This document shows, in pieces, positions 28,374 through 37,938 of a stretch of 43,394 nucleotides of DNA; position 1 is the stretch's first letter; the number at the start of each line of letters is the position of its first letter. The DNA lies in NCBI GenBank assembly GCA_002403785.1, contig DHIM01000338.1:25859-69252 (forward strand), written 5' to 3'. The notes under the pieces were generated by a model. It saw only the letters and a list, made by a program, of their open reading frames with translations. It was not told the DNA's origin and ran no database searches. This stretch comes from Clostridium sp. UBA4746. GTDB lineage: Bacteria; Bacillota; Clostridia; Clostridiales; Clostridiaceae. The translations under genes and the position numbers were made by a program.

Positions 28374-31103
28374 ATGTTAAAAAAAATACTTAATATTAAT
28401 GGTGTTAAAAGAACTGTCATCGTGAATCCAGAAACTTCACTTGCTGATGTTTTAAGAAAACAGTTATTTCTAACTGGTACCAAAGTAGGTTGCGGAAAAG
28501 GTGAATGTGGTGCTTGTAATGTAATAATGGATGGTAAGGTTGTAAAATCATGTATAGTTAGAATGAAAAGAGTAGCCGATGAAGCTGAAATTACAACAAT
28601 TGAAGGAATAGGATCGCAAGATGATTTGCATGATATTCAATTTGCATGGATGATACATGGTGCAGCACAATGTGGATTTTGTACCCCGGGATTTATTGTA
28701 AGCGCAAAGGCACTTTTAGATCAAAATATTAATCCTACAAGGGAAGAAGTAAGAGCTTGGTTCCAAAAATATAGAAATGTATGTAGATGTACAGGATATC
28801 AACCACTAGTAGATGCAGTAATGGAAGCCGCAAAACTTATGAGCGGTGAGGTTACAAGGGAACAATTGTGGCTAAAACTTCCACAAGGTGCTAGTATAGT
28901 AGGTACTGAGACTGTAAGACCTTCTGCTTGTGCAAAGGTAACAGGTACTTGGGAATTCGGAGCTGACCTTGGATTAACTCTTCCAGAGGGTACTCTTCAT
29001 ATAAAGCTCGTTCAAGCTACAGTTTCTCATGCAAATATTCTATCTATTGATACTACAGATGCTGAAAAAATGCCTGGAGTATATAGAGTATTGACTTATA
29101 AAGATGTAAAAGGAACAAATAGAATTAATGGTTTAGCTTTCCCATCAAATAAAGGTGATGGACTTGAAAGACCTATTTTAAATGATAAGAAAATTTTCCA
29201 ATTTGGTGATGCACTTGCAATGGTACTCGCAGATACACCAACGCATGCTGAAGATGCAGCTAAGAAAGTTGTTGTTGAAATTGAAGAATTACCAGCATAT
29301 ATGAGTGCTCCAGCTGCTATGGCAGAAGATGCTATCGAAATTCACCCAGGAACACCAAACATATATTTTGAAACAAAAATTGTTAAGGGAGAAGAAACTG
29401 CACCACTCATGGAAAAATTACCTTTTGTTGTTGAAGATGATTTATACATCGGAAGGCAGCCTCATCTTCCAATAGAACCAGATGTAGGTTTTGCTTATTT
29501 TGATGAAGAAGGTAAGTTAATAATTCATTCTAAGAGCATTGCATTACATTTCCATGCCCTTATGATAGCTGAAGGTATTGGACTTCCAATGGATAAGGTT
29601 ATAATTGTACAAAATCCAACAGGCGGAACTTTTGGTTATAAATTTAGTCCAACAATAGAAGCTTTACTTGCTGTTGCTGCAATTGATACAGGTAAACCTG
29701 TGTATCTTGAATTTAGTATGTACCAACAGATCACATACACTGGAAAGAGATCTCCATTCTGGATGCATTTAAAATTGGGTGCAGATAAATATGGTAAGAT
29801 GCAAGCTCTTGAAACAGATTGGTCTTGTGATCACGGTCCATACTGTGAATTTGGTGACCTTGTTACAATGAGGGGATCACAATTCATGGGTGCAGGTTAC
29901 AAGCTTGATAATATCCGCGGAAAAGGACGAACAGTTGCTACTAATCATGGGTGGGGTTCAGCTTTCAGAGGTTTTGGTTCACCACAAAGCTTATTTGCAT
30001 CAGAACAAATGGTAGATGAATTAGCAATAAAGATGGGTATAGATGCACTTGAATTTAGATATAATAATGCATTAAGAGAAGGAGAACTAACTACAAGCGG
30101 TTGCAAACTTGATGTATATGTTATTCCAGATTTGTTAGATAAAATTCGTCCATATTATACAAAAGCAAAGGAAACTGCTAAAGAAAAAAATAAGAATAGC
30201 GAAGGTAAGAAATATGGTTCGGGTATATCACTTCTTATTTATGGATGTGGGCTTGATGGAGCAGATTCTTCAGAGGCATGGGTAGAGATTACCAAAGATG
30301 GAGTAACTGTTGCTAACTCATGGGAAGATCATGGTCAAGGTGCAGATATGGGTACACTTACTATGGCACACGAAACATTAAGAAAGGCTGGTTATGAACC
30401 AGAGAATCTCAAATTAATTATGAATGACATGAATGTTACACCAAACAGTGGCCCTGCAGGTGGAAGTCGTTCTAACGTTCTTACTGGAAATGCAACAAGA
30501 GTTGCATGTGAAAACTTACTTGATGGTCTTAAAAAAGCTGATGGAACATACAGAACTTATGATGAACAGATTGCTGAAGGAAAACCAACAAGATATGATG
30601 GAAAATGGACTGCACCTTGCATCGCTTGTGATGTTGAAACAGGACAGGGTAATCCATTCCCAGTTTATATGTATGGAGTTTTAGTAGCAGAAGTAGAAGT
30701 AGATTTAGCTACTGGCAAAACTCATGTTGATAAGTTAACAATTGTTTCAGATGTAGGAACTATTATAAACAAACTTGTTGTTGATGGTCAGATACTTGGA
30801 GGACTTGTTCAAGGGATTGGTCTTGCATTATATGAAGACTTTGAAGATCTTAAAAAGCATACAACACTTACTGGTTGTGGAATTCCTCAGATTAAGGATG
30901 TAACAGATGATATAACATTATTATATCTTGAAACTCCAAGACCACTTGGACCTTATGGTGCAGCTGGTGCAGGTGAAATGCCGTTGTCAGCTCCTCATTC
31001 AGCAATCATAAGTGCAATACATGATGCTTGCGGAGTTAGAATAACACACCTTCCAGCATATCCAGAAAAAGTTCTTGCTGGACTTAAGAAATTAAATAAA
31101 TAA
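28374..31103 (+). CDS. mop: Molybdopterin-dependent aldehyde oxidoreductase, Desulfovibrio Mop type (2x[2Fe-2S] + Moco, no FAD domain)
   Basis: GCGKGECGAC, QCGFC, CRCTGY, GGTFGYK, AFRGFG, HGQG, GAGE; 909 aa single chain. Confidence 0.93.
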   Translation: MLKKILNINGVKRTVIVNPETSLADVLRKQLFLTGTKVGCGKGECGACNVIMDGKVVKSCIVRMKRVADEAEITTIEGIGSQDDLHDIQFAWMIHGAAQCGFCTPGFIVSAKALLDQNINPTREEVRAWFQKYRNVCRCTGYQPLVDAVMEAAKLMSGEVTREQLWLKLPQGASIVGTETVRPSACAKVTGTWEFGADLGLTLPEGTLHIKLVQATVSHANILSIDTTDAEKMPGVYRVLTYKDVKGTNRINGLAFPSNKGDGLERPILNDKKIFQFGDALAMVLADTPTHAEDAAKKVVVEIEELPAYMSAPAAMAEDAIEIHPGTPNIYFETKIVKGEETAPLMEKLPFVVEDDLYIGRQPHLPIEPDVGFAYFDEEGKLIIHSKSIALHFHALMIAEGIGLPMDKVIIVQNPTGGTFGYKFSPTIEALLAVAAIDTGKPVYLEFSMYQQITYTGKRSPFWMHLKLGADKYGKMQALETDWSCDHGPYCEFGDLVTMRGSQFMGAGYKLDNIRGKGRTVATNHGWGSAFRGFGSPQSLFASEQMVDELAIKMGIDALEFRYNNALREGELTTSGCKLDVYVIPDLLDKIRPYYTKAKETAKEKNKNSEGKKYGSGISLLIYGCGLDGADSSEAWVEITKDGVTVANSWEDHGQGADMGTLTMAHETLRKAGYEPENLKLIMNDMNVTPNSGPAGGSRSNVLTGNATRVACENLLDGLKKADGTYRTYDEQIAEGKPTRYDGKWTAPCIACDVETGQGNPFPVYMYGVLVAEVEVDLATGKTHVDKLTIVSDVGTIINKLVVDGQILGGLVQGIGLALYEDFEDLKKHTTLTGCGIPQIKDVTDDITLLYLETPRPLGPYGAAGAGEMPLSAPHSAIISAIHDACGVRITHLPAYPEKVLAGLKKLNK

Positions 31104-31118
31104 GTATGATTTAAAAGT

Positions 31119-31162
31119 GGAGCCTAAAGTGAAATGTAAGAAATTCATTTTAGGTTCCTTTT
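31119..31162 (+). terminator. Stem-loop / partial terminator after mop
   Basis: GGAGCCTAAAGTGAA / TTCATTTTAGGTTCC followed by TTTT. Confidence 0.65.
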
Positions 31163-31187
31163 AAAACATTATTGGGAGGAACAGTAT

Positions 31188-33461
31188 ATGGATCTAGACA
31201 AACTTCTTTCTATGCAGGAGTTATGCATAAATGATAATCCGCCTGCATGTAATACTGAGTGTCCAATCCACGTTGATGTCAAAGGGTTTATTTGCGAAAT
31301 TAGAAAAGGAAATTTTGAAGAGGCATACAGAATACTGAAAAAAAGAATACCATTTACAAATGTAATAGGATTAGTTTGCGATCACCCTTGTGAAAATTCT
31401 TGTGTAACTAATACCTTCGGTAAAGCAATCTCGATTCATGAGCTTGAAAAGGCAGCTGTAATTTATGGTAGAGGGGCAAAAATCAAAACACTTCCTATGC
31501 CCAAAGTTAATAAGAAAATTGCGGTTATTGGCGGGGGTATAAGTGGAATCACATGTGCTTGTGACCTTAATAAAAAGGGATATAGTATTGATATATACGA
31601 AAAAGAAAATGGAGTAGGTGGATCTCTTTTAAAAATGCCAGAGCAAATACTTAATCCAAAACTAATAAAAGAAGAAATTATTAAATTAGAAGAGCAAGGC
31701 ATTGAAATAAAATTAAACCAAGAAATCACTCCTGAAAAATTGAAAGGCATCACTCTGGAGTATGACGCAGTTTATATTGGTACAGGAGAATGGAATGAAA
31801 AATTCGATGTAAATGAAGTTACCTTGCAAACAGAAATAGAAAAAGTTTTTGCTTGCGGACGAATTGTTAGTGAACGTAAATCTGTTATACAGTCAGTATG
31901 TACAGGAAGATGTGCTGCAGTGTCTATTGATAGATTTGTGTATAAGAAATCTCTTACTGCACTTAGGGAAAAGGAAGGGTCTTACAAAAGTATTCTTCAG
32001 GTGGATATAGAAAATGAGAAAATTACACCAAGAATAAAGCCTGAAAATACTACTTTTACAAAGGAAGAAGCAATTAATGAAGCTTTAAGATGTCTTCAAT
32101 GTGAATGTCATAAATGTGTTAAAGCTTGTGTGCATCTTCAAAAGGTGAAATTGGATCCTAAAGCTTATATAAGAACCATAAATCAAAATGAACGTATCAT
32201 TCTTGGAGATCATTATGCAAATAAAACAATAAATTCTTGCACAGAGTGTGGTTTGTGTGGCGTTGTATGTCCGAAGTCTATAAATATGGCAGATATAATT
32301 AAAGAAACAAGGGGAAGTATGGTTTCTAGAAATAAAATGCCAATTTCAGCTCATGACTTTGCGTTAAAAGATATGGAATTTACTAATAGTAAATATTTTG
32401 AATTAATAAAATATCAACCTGGCAAGAATAATAGTAAGTATGTATTTTATCCTGGATGTCAACTATGTGCCAGCTACTCAGAGTATGTTATTAAAACATA
32501 TAATTATTTAATGGAAAAACTTGATGGCGGGGTTGGATTATATTTAGGGTGTTGCGGAGCGCCGGCTAAGTGGGCAGGTAGGCAAGAACAATATGATAGT
32601 AGTATAGAAAAAACTAAATTAAACTTAGAAAAGTTAGGTAACCCTATTGTTATAACAGCGTGTTCTACATGTTTTAGTAATTTTGGAGAAAATTTAAAAA
32701 ACATAAAAATTAAGTCTCTTTGGGAGATATTTGATGAAAAAGGTCTTCCACTTGATTCTAAATCGGGAAATGGTAAAATATTAGCAGTACATGATGCATG
32801 CACAACTAGAAATGAGGGCAGTATTCATGAAAGTATAAGAAATATTGCTAAAAGTCTCCACTATAATATTGAAGAGCCACAGTTTACAAAGGAAAAGACT
32901 AAATGTTGTGGTTATGGAGGGCTTGTCTATTTTACAAACAAGGAGTTTAGTAAGGAAGTAACTGAGGATAGAATAAAGGATTCTGAAAATGATTTTCTTG
33001 CTTATTGTGCAATGTGTAGAGATTTGTTTGTACTAAAAGGCAAAAGGACATATCATATTTTGGATCTTATATATGGAAATGGTAATGCTGAAATCTCGGA
33101 CATGAGTGTTCCCACATTGTCTGAAAGGCGTGCAAATAGATTCAAACTCAAGAAGGAATTACTTAAAAGTTTATGGGGTGAGAAAATGGACATAAAGGAT
33201 GAATATGAGAATATAAAAATAGTTATTGGGGATGAACTAAAAGGTAAGATGGAAGATGAGCTTATTCTTGAGGGTGATATTAAGAAAGTAATAGGTTATG
33301 CAGAAAAGACTAATAATAGTTTTTATAATCCAGAAACAGGGCATATTCTTGCATGGAGAAGGTTTGTAAATATAACCTTCTGGGTGGAGTATCAAAAGGT
33401 TAACGGCGCTTTCAACATTATAAGTGCTTACAGCCATAGAATGGAAGTAAAAGGGGTATGA
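31188..33461 (+). CDS. Multi-Fe-S flavoprotein: GltD-like N-terminus, FAD motif, ferredoxin dicluster, CCG domains
   Basis: ACNTECP, VCDHPCENSC, GGGISG, CLQCECHKCVKAC, CTECGLCGVVCP, YPGC, GCCG, HDAC, CCGYGG, YCAMC. Confidence 0.85.
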   Translation: MDLDKLLSMQELCINDNPPACNTECPIHVDVKGFICEIRKGNFEEAYRILKKRIPFTNVIGLVCDHPCENSCVTNTFGKAISIHELEKAAVIYGRGAKIKTLPMPKVNKKIAVIGGGISGITCACDLNKKGYSIDIYEKENGVGGSLLKMPEQILNPKLIKEEIIKLEEQGIEIKLNQEITPEKLKGITLEYDAVYIGTGEWNEKFDVNEVTLQTEIEKVFACGRIVSERKSVIQSVCTGRCAAVSIDRFVYKKSLTALREKEGSYKSILQVDIENEKITPRIKPENTTFTKEEAINEALRCLQCECHKCVKACVHLQKVKLDPKAYIRTINQNERIILGDHYANKTINSCTECGLCGVVCPKSINMADIIKETRGSMVSRNKMPISAHDFALKDMEFTNSKYFELIKYQPGKNNSKYVFYPGCQLCASYSEYVIKTYNYLMEKLDGGVGLYLGCCGAPAKWAGRQEQYDSSIEKTKLNLEKLGNPIVITACSTCFSNFGENLKNIKIKSLWEIFDEKGLPLDSKSGNGKILAVHDACTTRNEGSIHESIRNIAKSLHYNIEEPQFTKEKTKCCGYGGLVYFTNKEFSKEVTEDRIKDSENDFLAYCAMCRDLFVLKGKRTYHILDLIYGNGNAEISDMSVPTLSERRANRFKLKKELLKSLWGEKMDIKDEYENIKIVIGDELKGKMEDELILEGDIKKVIGYAEKTNNSFYNPETGHILAWRRFVNITFWVEYQKVNGAFNIISAYSHRMEVKGV

Positions 33462-33463
33462 CT

Positions 33464-33673
33464 ATGAAACAAGATAATAAAGGTAGTAAAAGTAAATGGC
33501 GTTGCTCAAAGTGTGGAGGACCTCTTGAGGAAGGACCTGTGAAAGCAGAGTACCTTGGAGGGAATTTTGAGATAGAGTTACTCGAGTGTCCTAAATGCAA
33601 AAATGTTCTTATAACGCAGGAGCTGGCAGCTGGTCAAATGCTTGAAGTAGAAAAGAGCTTGGAGGACAAATGA
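33464..33673 (+). CDS. Small two-CxxC (zinc-ribbon/rubredoxin-like) protein, DVU_1557-like
   Basis: CSKC and CPKC, ends EKSLEDK; SD AAGGGG; coupled to both neighbours (alternative start 33458). Confidence 0.75.
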   Translation: MKQDNKGSKSKWRCSKCGGPLEEGPVKAEYLGGNFEIELLECPKCKNVLITQELAAGQMLEVEKSLEDK

Positions 33674-34383
33674 AGAGTTGCTCAGTTTATGAAAATGAGG
33701 ATATGATTAAAGTAACAGGGGATACTCTGAGGCCAGGCGGAGTTTTTCTTACAGATAGATCAATTAAAATATGTAATTTTAAAGCAGAAAATAAAATTCT
33801 TGATGTTGGATGCGGTATGGGAGTAACAGTAGAACGACTTAAAAGTCTATATAATTTAGATTCTTATGGAGTTGATCCTTCCTTAAAGCTACTTGGATTA
33901 GGCAAAAAGAAATATGGGAATCATCATATAGAGATAGGAAAAGGGGAAGAATTACCTCATAAAAATGGATTTTTCAAGGGAGTTATGGCTGAATGTACAA
34001 TGTCCCTTATGGATGATTTTAAAAAGACTATATCAGAAAGCTATAGAGTACTGCAAGACAAAGGATATTTTATTGTTTCAGATGTGTATGCAAGACGACC
34101 AGAATACCTTGAAGAAGTGCAAAATCATAATGTTAATAGTTGTATGAGAGGGCTTTTCAATATAGATATTTTAAAAGAGACAATTGTAAGCTCAGGTTTT
34201 GAAATAATATGTTTTGAGGATTGGTCGAATTTATTGAAACAGCTTATGGTGAACATAATTTTTAAGTATGGCTCAATGTCAATATTCTGGGAAATAGCAA
34301 CTTGTAATAGTTGCGGTGATTTTCAGGAAAAACTTAAGTTATGCAAACCAGGATATTTTTTACTTATTGCTCAAAAAAAATAA
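33670..34383 (+). CDS. Class I SAM-dependent methyltransferase, DVU_1556-like
   Basis: LRPGG, ILDVGCGMG motif I, RVL..G...VSD, C-terminal PGYFLLIA. Confidence 0.88.
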   Translation: MKSCSVYENEDMIKVTGDTLRPGGVFLTDRSIKICNFKAENKILDVGCGMGVTVERLKSLYNLDSYGVDPSLKLLGLGKKKYGNHHIEIGKGEELPHKNGFFKGVMAECTMSLMDDFKKTISESYRVLQDKGYFIVSDVYARRPEYLEEVQNHNVNSCMRGLFNIDILKETIVSSGFEIICFEDWSNLLKQLMVNIIFKYGSMSIFWEIATCNSCGDFQEKLKLCKPGYFLLIAQKK

Positions 34384-34396
34384 TGGGGTGATTATA

Positions 34397-34837
34397 ATGG
34401 GCGCAGATGCGTTTAGAATGTTTAAATTAGCAAGCTCTGGGTATTGTTGCAGTCAAATACTTATAATTATGTACCTTGAAAGTAATGGCATGGGAAATGT
34501 ACCGTTAGTAAAGGCAATGGCAGGTTTTTGTACAGGGGTGGGTAATACAGGAAAGACCTGCGGGATTTTAACTGGAGGAGCATGTCTATTTGGACTCTAT
34601 GCAGGGAAAGGTGTAGAAACTGAAATCAGAGATGACAACTTAAAAAAGATGATTCAAAAATATATTCAGTGGTTTGAAGAGGAATTTGAAAGCACGGATT
34701 GTGTTGATATGATAACTGTGGATGTGCTTAATGCCATTAATCAAAATGAAACCTACCCAATAAAATGTGGTAATGCAATCCAAAAATCCTACAATAAAAT
34801 TAATGATATTTTAAAAGAGTATAGTTATATTGAATGA
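34397..34837 (+). CDS. C-GCAxxG-C-C family putative redox protein, DVU_1555-like
   Basis: GYCCSQ, TCGILTGG, DC, KC spacing; SD GGGGTG favours ATG 34397. Confidence 0.8.
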   Translation: MGADAFRMFKLASSGYCCSQILIIMYLESNGMGNVPLVKAMAGFCTGVGNTGKTCGILTGGACLFGLYAGKGVETEIRDDNLKKMIQKYIQWFEEEFESTDCVDMITVDVLNAINQNETYPIKCGNAIQKSYNKINDILKEYSYIE

Positions 34838-34850
34838 GAGGGTAAGTAAA

Positions 34851-36164
34851 GTGAATAAAATAATAAAAGAAACACAAAGTATTTGTCCTGTGTGTTTAAA
34901 AATAGTTGATGCAACAATAGTTAAAAAATGTTCTGACTTATATTTATCTAAAAAATGCGAGGAACATGGTTTTTTTGAAACTGTGATTTGGAGGGGAAAG
35001 CCAAATTATGAAGAGTGGGTAAGACCTAAAAGCCCAGCTTATCCTGAGGTGCCATATACTGAGGTGTCAAAAGGATGCCCTCATGACTGTGGGCTTTGCA
35101 GTAAACATCGTCAGCATACTTGTACAGTACTTATTGAAGTAACTTCAAGGTGTAATTTAAACTGTGAATTTTGTTTTGCAGATGCACATGGTAATGAAAC
35201 AGATCCAGGTATGGAAACTATAGAGATGTGGTACTCAAGAATTATTAAAGCAGGTGGACCTTATAATCTTCAGATTTCTGGAGGAGAACCTACAATGAGG
35301 GAAGATCTTCATGAGATTATTTCTATGGCAACAAACATGGGTTTTAAATTTATTCAACTAAACACAAATGGTATAAAACTACGTGATTATAATTATTATG
35401 AGAAATTAAAAAAAGCAGGGCTTAAATCTATTTTTCTGCAGTTTAATAACTTAACTGGAACTAAAATGACAAAGCCTCACGCTAAAAATATAATGCAGGA
35501 TAAATTAAAGGTTATAGAAAATAGCGCAAAATTAGGGATTGGTGTAATTCTTGTATGCACAGTGGTGCCTAATAAAAATGATAATATTCTTTGGAATATT
35601 GTAGAATTTGGGCTGAATAACGCACCAACAGTAAGAGGAGTACATTTTCAACCAGTAAGCTATTTTGGTAGAATACCTAAGATGCCGGAAGATAAAGATA
35701 GAATTACTCTTCCAGAAGTTATAAGTAAAATAGTGCAGCAAAGTGATAATAGAATTAAGCTTTCAGATTTTGCTCCTTCTGGTTGTGAAAATGCATATTG
35801 TTCTTTTCATGCTAATTACGCATCGGTAGATGGAAAACTAATTACTGTAAGTAGAAAAAATAATTGCTGTGGAGAAGAAAATGGTAAAGAAGGGTCAAAA
35901 AAATCAAAAAGATTTGTTGAAAGAAATTGGTCTGGAGTAAAAATAAATAAATACATACCGAAAAGAAATTCTTTTGAAGAATTAAATCAAAAGATAAAAA
36001 ATGGTTTTTTCAGTATATCTGGTATGGCTTTTCAAGATGCTTGGAATGTAGATACGCAAAGATTAAAAGATTGCTGTATTCATGTGGTTAGTAAAGAGGG
36101 TAATTTAATTCCATTTTGTGCGTACAACATTACAGCTGTTGATCAAACTAAATTATATAGATAG
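34851..36164 (+). CDS. Radical SAM protein with MJ0619/Tes (GDGT-MAS)-type metal-site layout (TrsS-like)
   Basis: CPVC...CEEH, CPHDCGLC, CNLNCEFC, SGGEP, NTNG, C-terminal CCIH...IPFC; GTG 34851 follows GAGAGGG (alternative TTG 34830). Confidence 0.88.
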   Translation: MNKIIKETQSICPVCLKIVDATIVKKCSDLYLSKKCEEHGFFETVIWRGKPNYEEWVRPKSPAYPEVPYTEVSKGCPHDCGLCSKHRQHTCTVLIEVTSRCNLNCEFCFADAHGNETDPGMETIEMWYSRIIKAGGPYNLQISGGEPTMREDLHEIISMATNMGFKFIQLNTNGIKLRDYNYYEKLKKAGLKSIFLQFNNLTGTKMTKPHAKNIMQDKLKVIENSAKLGIGVILVCTVVPNKNDNILWNIVEFGLNNAPTVRGVHFQPVSYFGRIPKMPEDKDRITLPEVISKIVQQSDNRIKLSDFAPSGCENAYCSFHANYASVDGKLITVSRKNNCCGEENGKEGSKKSKRFVERNWSGVKINKYIPKRNSFEELNQKIKNGFFSISGMAFQDAWNVDTQRLKDCCIHVVSKEGNLIPFCAYNITAVDQTKLYR

Positions 36165-36180
36165 GAAGAGAGTGGATGGA

Positions 36181-37305
36181 ATGAAAAATTATTCTGCTAT
36201 AATACTTGCAGCGGGATATTCTACGCGAATGGGGAGCTTTAAGCCACTAATGAAAATAGACGGGAAAACACCACTTCAACGATGTATAGAACTTTTCAAA
36301 AACTGTGGAATAAATGACATTACTGTGGTGACAGGGTATCTAAATGATTGTGTAGAAAAGGAATTAAATGATATTAGAATTAAATCAAATGATATTAGAA
36401 TTGTATTTAATGATGAATATAGTGAAGGTATGTTTACATCAATAAAAGCTGGGGTAGAGTCACTTAAGCGAGAAACAGATGCTTTCTTTATTTTGCCTGT
36501 AGATATTCCATCTGTACAGGTCTTCACTATTAAAAGAATGATACAAAGCTATGAGAAAATTAAAGGTGGCATAATGCACCCTGTATTCGGAGAGGAAAAA
36601 GGTCATCCTACATTGGTTTCATATTCATTAGCTGACGAAATATTAAATAATAATCCTGAGGGCGGATTAAGAGATCTTTTTAATCAGCATAAAAAACAGT
36701 GGCATTACGTACAAGCTACTGACAGAGGCATTCTGCTTGATATGGATACAAAAGAAGACTTTCAACTTCTTTTGGAGCATATTTTGGTATATCCTTGTCC
36801 TGATTATCAAGAATGTATGGAAATATTGAGATTATGTAAAGTGAATCGAGATGTTGTAGGTCACATGAGGAGTGTGGCTGAATTTGCAAAAAAAATATCA
36901 CTTTTACTTAATGAAAAGGGATTAAATTTAAATATAAATTATATATATGCAGGGGCGTTACTTCATGATGTAGCTAAGGGAAAAAAAGATCACGCAGAGC
37001 AAGGTGCAAAAATTGTAGAGGGCTTTGGTTATAAGTGTCTTATGGAAATTATTAATGAACATATGGAATTAATAATGCAGCATAAAATAGGCGAAAAAGA
37101 AATAGTTTACCTTTGTGATAAACTTATTAAAGGAAGGACGTCAGTCACTTTGAAGGAAAGATTTGCAGAAGCCTTTATTAGGTATGAAGATATGCCACTT
37201 ATTTTGAAAAATGTGAATAAGAAATATCAGGATGCAAAAATGATAAAGAAGAATATCGAAGAAATATTGGGAATAAGTCTTGAAACGCTTTGTGAGAAGT
37301 TTTGA
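36181..37305 (+). CDS. MocA-like nucleotidyltransferase fused to an HD domain
   Basis: ILAAGYSTRMG, GMFTSI, PVDIP, GHP, DMDT; C-terminal H...LLHDVAK...H...H...D. Confidence 0.87.
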   Translation: MKNYSAIILAAGYSTRMGSFKPLMKIDGKTPLQRCIELFKNCGINDITVVTGYLNDCVEKELNDIRIKSNDIRIVFNDEYSEGMFTSIKAGVESLKRETDAFFILPVDIPSVQVFTIKRMIQSYEKIKGGIMHPVFGEEKGHPTLVSYSLADEILNNNPEGGLRDLFNQHKKQWHYVQATDRGILLDMDTKEDFQLLLEHILVYPCPDYQECMEILRLCKVNRDVVGHMRSVAEFAKKISLLLNEKGLNLNINYIYAGALLHDVAKGKKDHAEQGAKIVEGFGYKCLMEIINEHMELIMQHKIGEKEIVYLCDKLIKGRTSVTLKERFAEAFIRYEDMPLILKNVNKKYQDAKMIKKNIEEILGISLETLCEKF

Positions 37306-37901
37306 AAAGGCACATTTATATCTTAAGACATGGTGAAACTGAATATGGCAAAGTAAAAAGATATTTGGGACACACAGATTGTAAACTTTCAAAGAAGGGT
37401 ATAAAAGATGCAGAGCATTTAGCTTGTATTTTTGCGGAGAGTGAAGTTATTATTAACAGTATTTTTAGTAGCGACCTTATTCGGTGTAAAAGTACTGTTA
37501 ATACAGTCTTTCCAAAAATAAAAGTGAATTTTTTAGAGGATTTGAAAGAAATAAATATGGGAGCTTTGGATGGATTAACTTTTGATGAAGTCAAAAATAA
37601 GTATCCAGAAGTTTATAAAAAAAGAGGGGAAGATATAGCAGGATTTATTCCCCTAAATGGCGAATCCTTTAAAGCATGTCAGCAAAGGGCAATTACAGTT
37701 TTTAATCATATAATTGATACAACAGAGGGCAATGTTGTTATATGCAGTCATGCAGGATTTATAAGAACATTACTTTGCAGCCTCTTAAAGATAGATTTAA
37801 AGGATATATTTACTATAAAGCAGGATTATGGATGTATTAATATTATAATCTTTGATGAACCTAATATTTCTGTTGAAGGAATTAATCTAAAAACTTTATA
37901 A
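37302..37901 (+). CDS. Histidine phosphatase family protein (CobC/PhoE-like)
   Basis: LRHGET, SSDLIRC, EINMG, GES, SHAG; TTG start overlapping the upstream TGA. Confidence 0.9.
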   Translation: MKRHIYILRHGETEYGKVKRYLGHTDCKLSKKGIKDAEHLACIFAESEVIINSIFSSDLIRCKSTVNTVFPKIKVNFLEDLKEINMGALDGLTFDEVKNKYPEVYKKRGEDIAGFIPLNGESFKACQQRAITVFNHIIDTTEGNVVICSHAGFIRTLLCSLLKIDLKDIFTIKQDYGCINIIIFDEPNISVEGINLKTL

Positions 37902-37938
37902 ATTCATGGCAGTGGGAAGCATTAATGGAGTGTGTAAT

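Noticed and set aside
33459..37305. Selenocysteine read-through at TGA stops in the mop cassette
   Set aside because: Each TGA falls at a natural protein end next to or overlapping the next start; the proteins appear to be complete Cys forms
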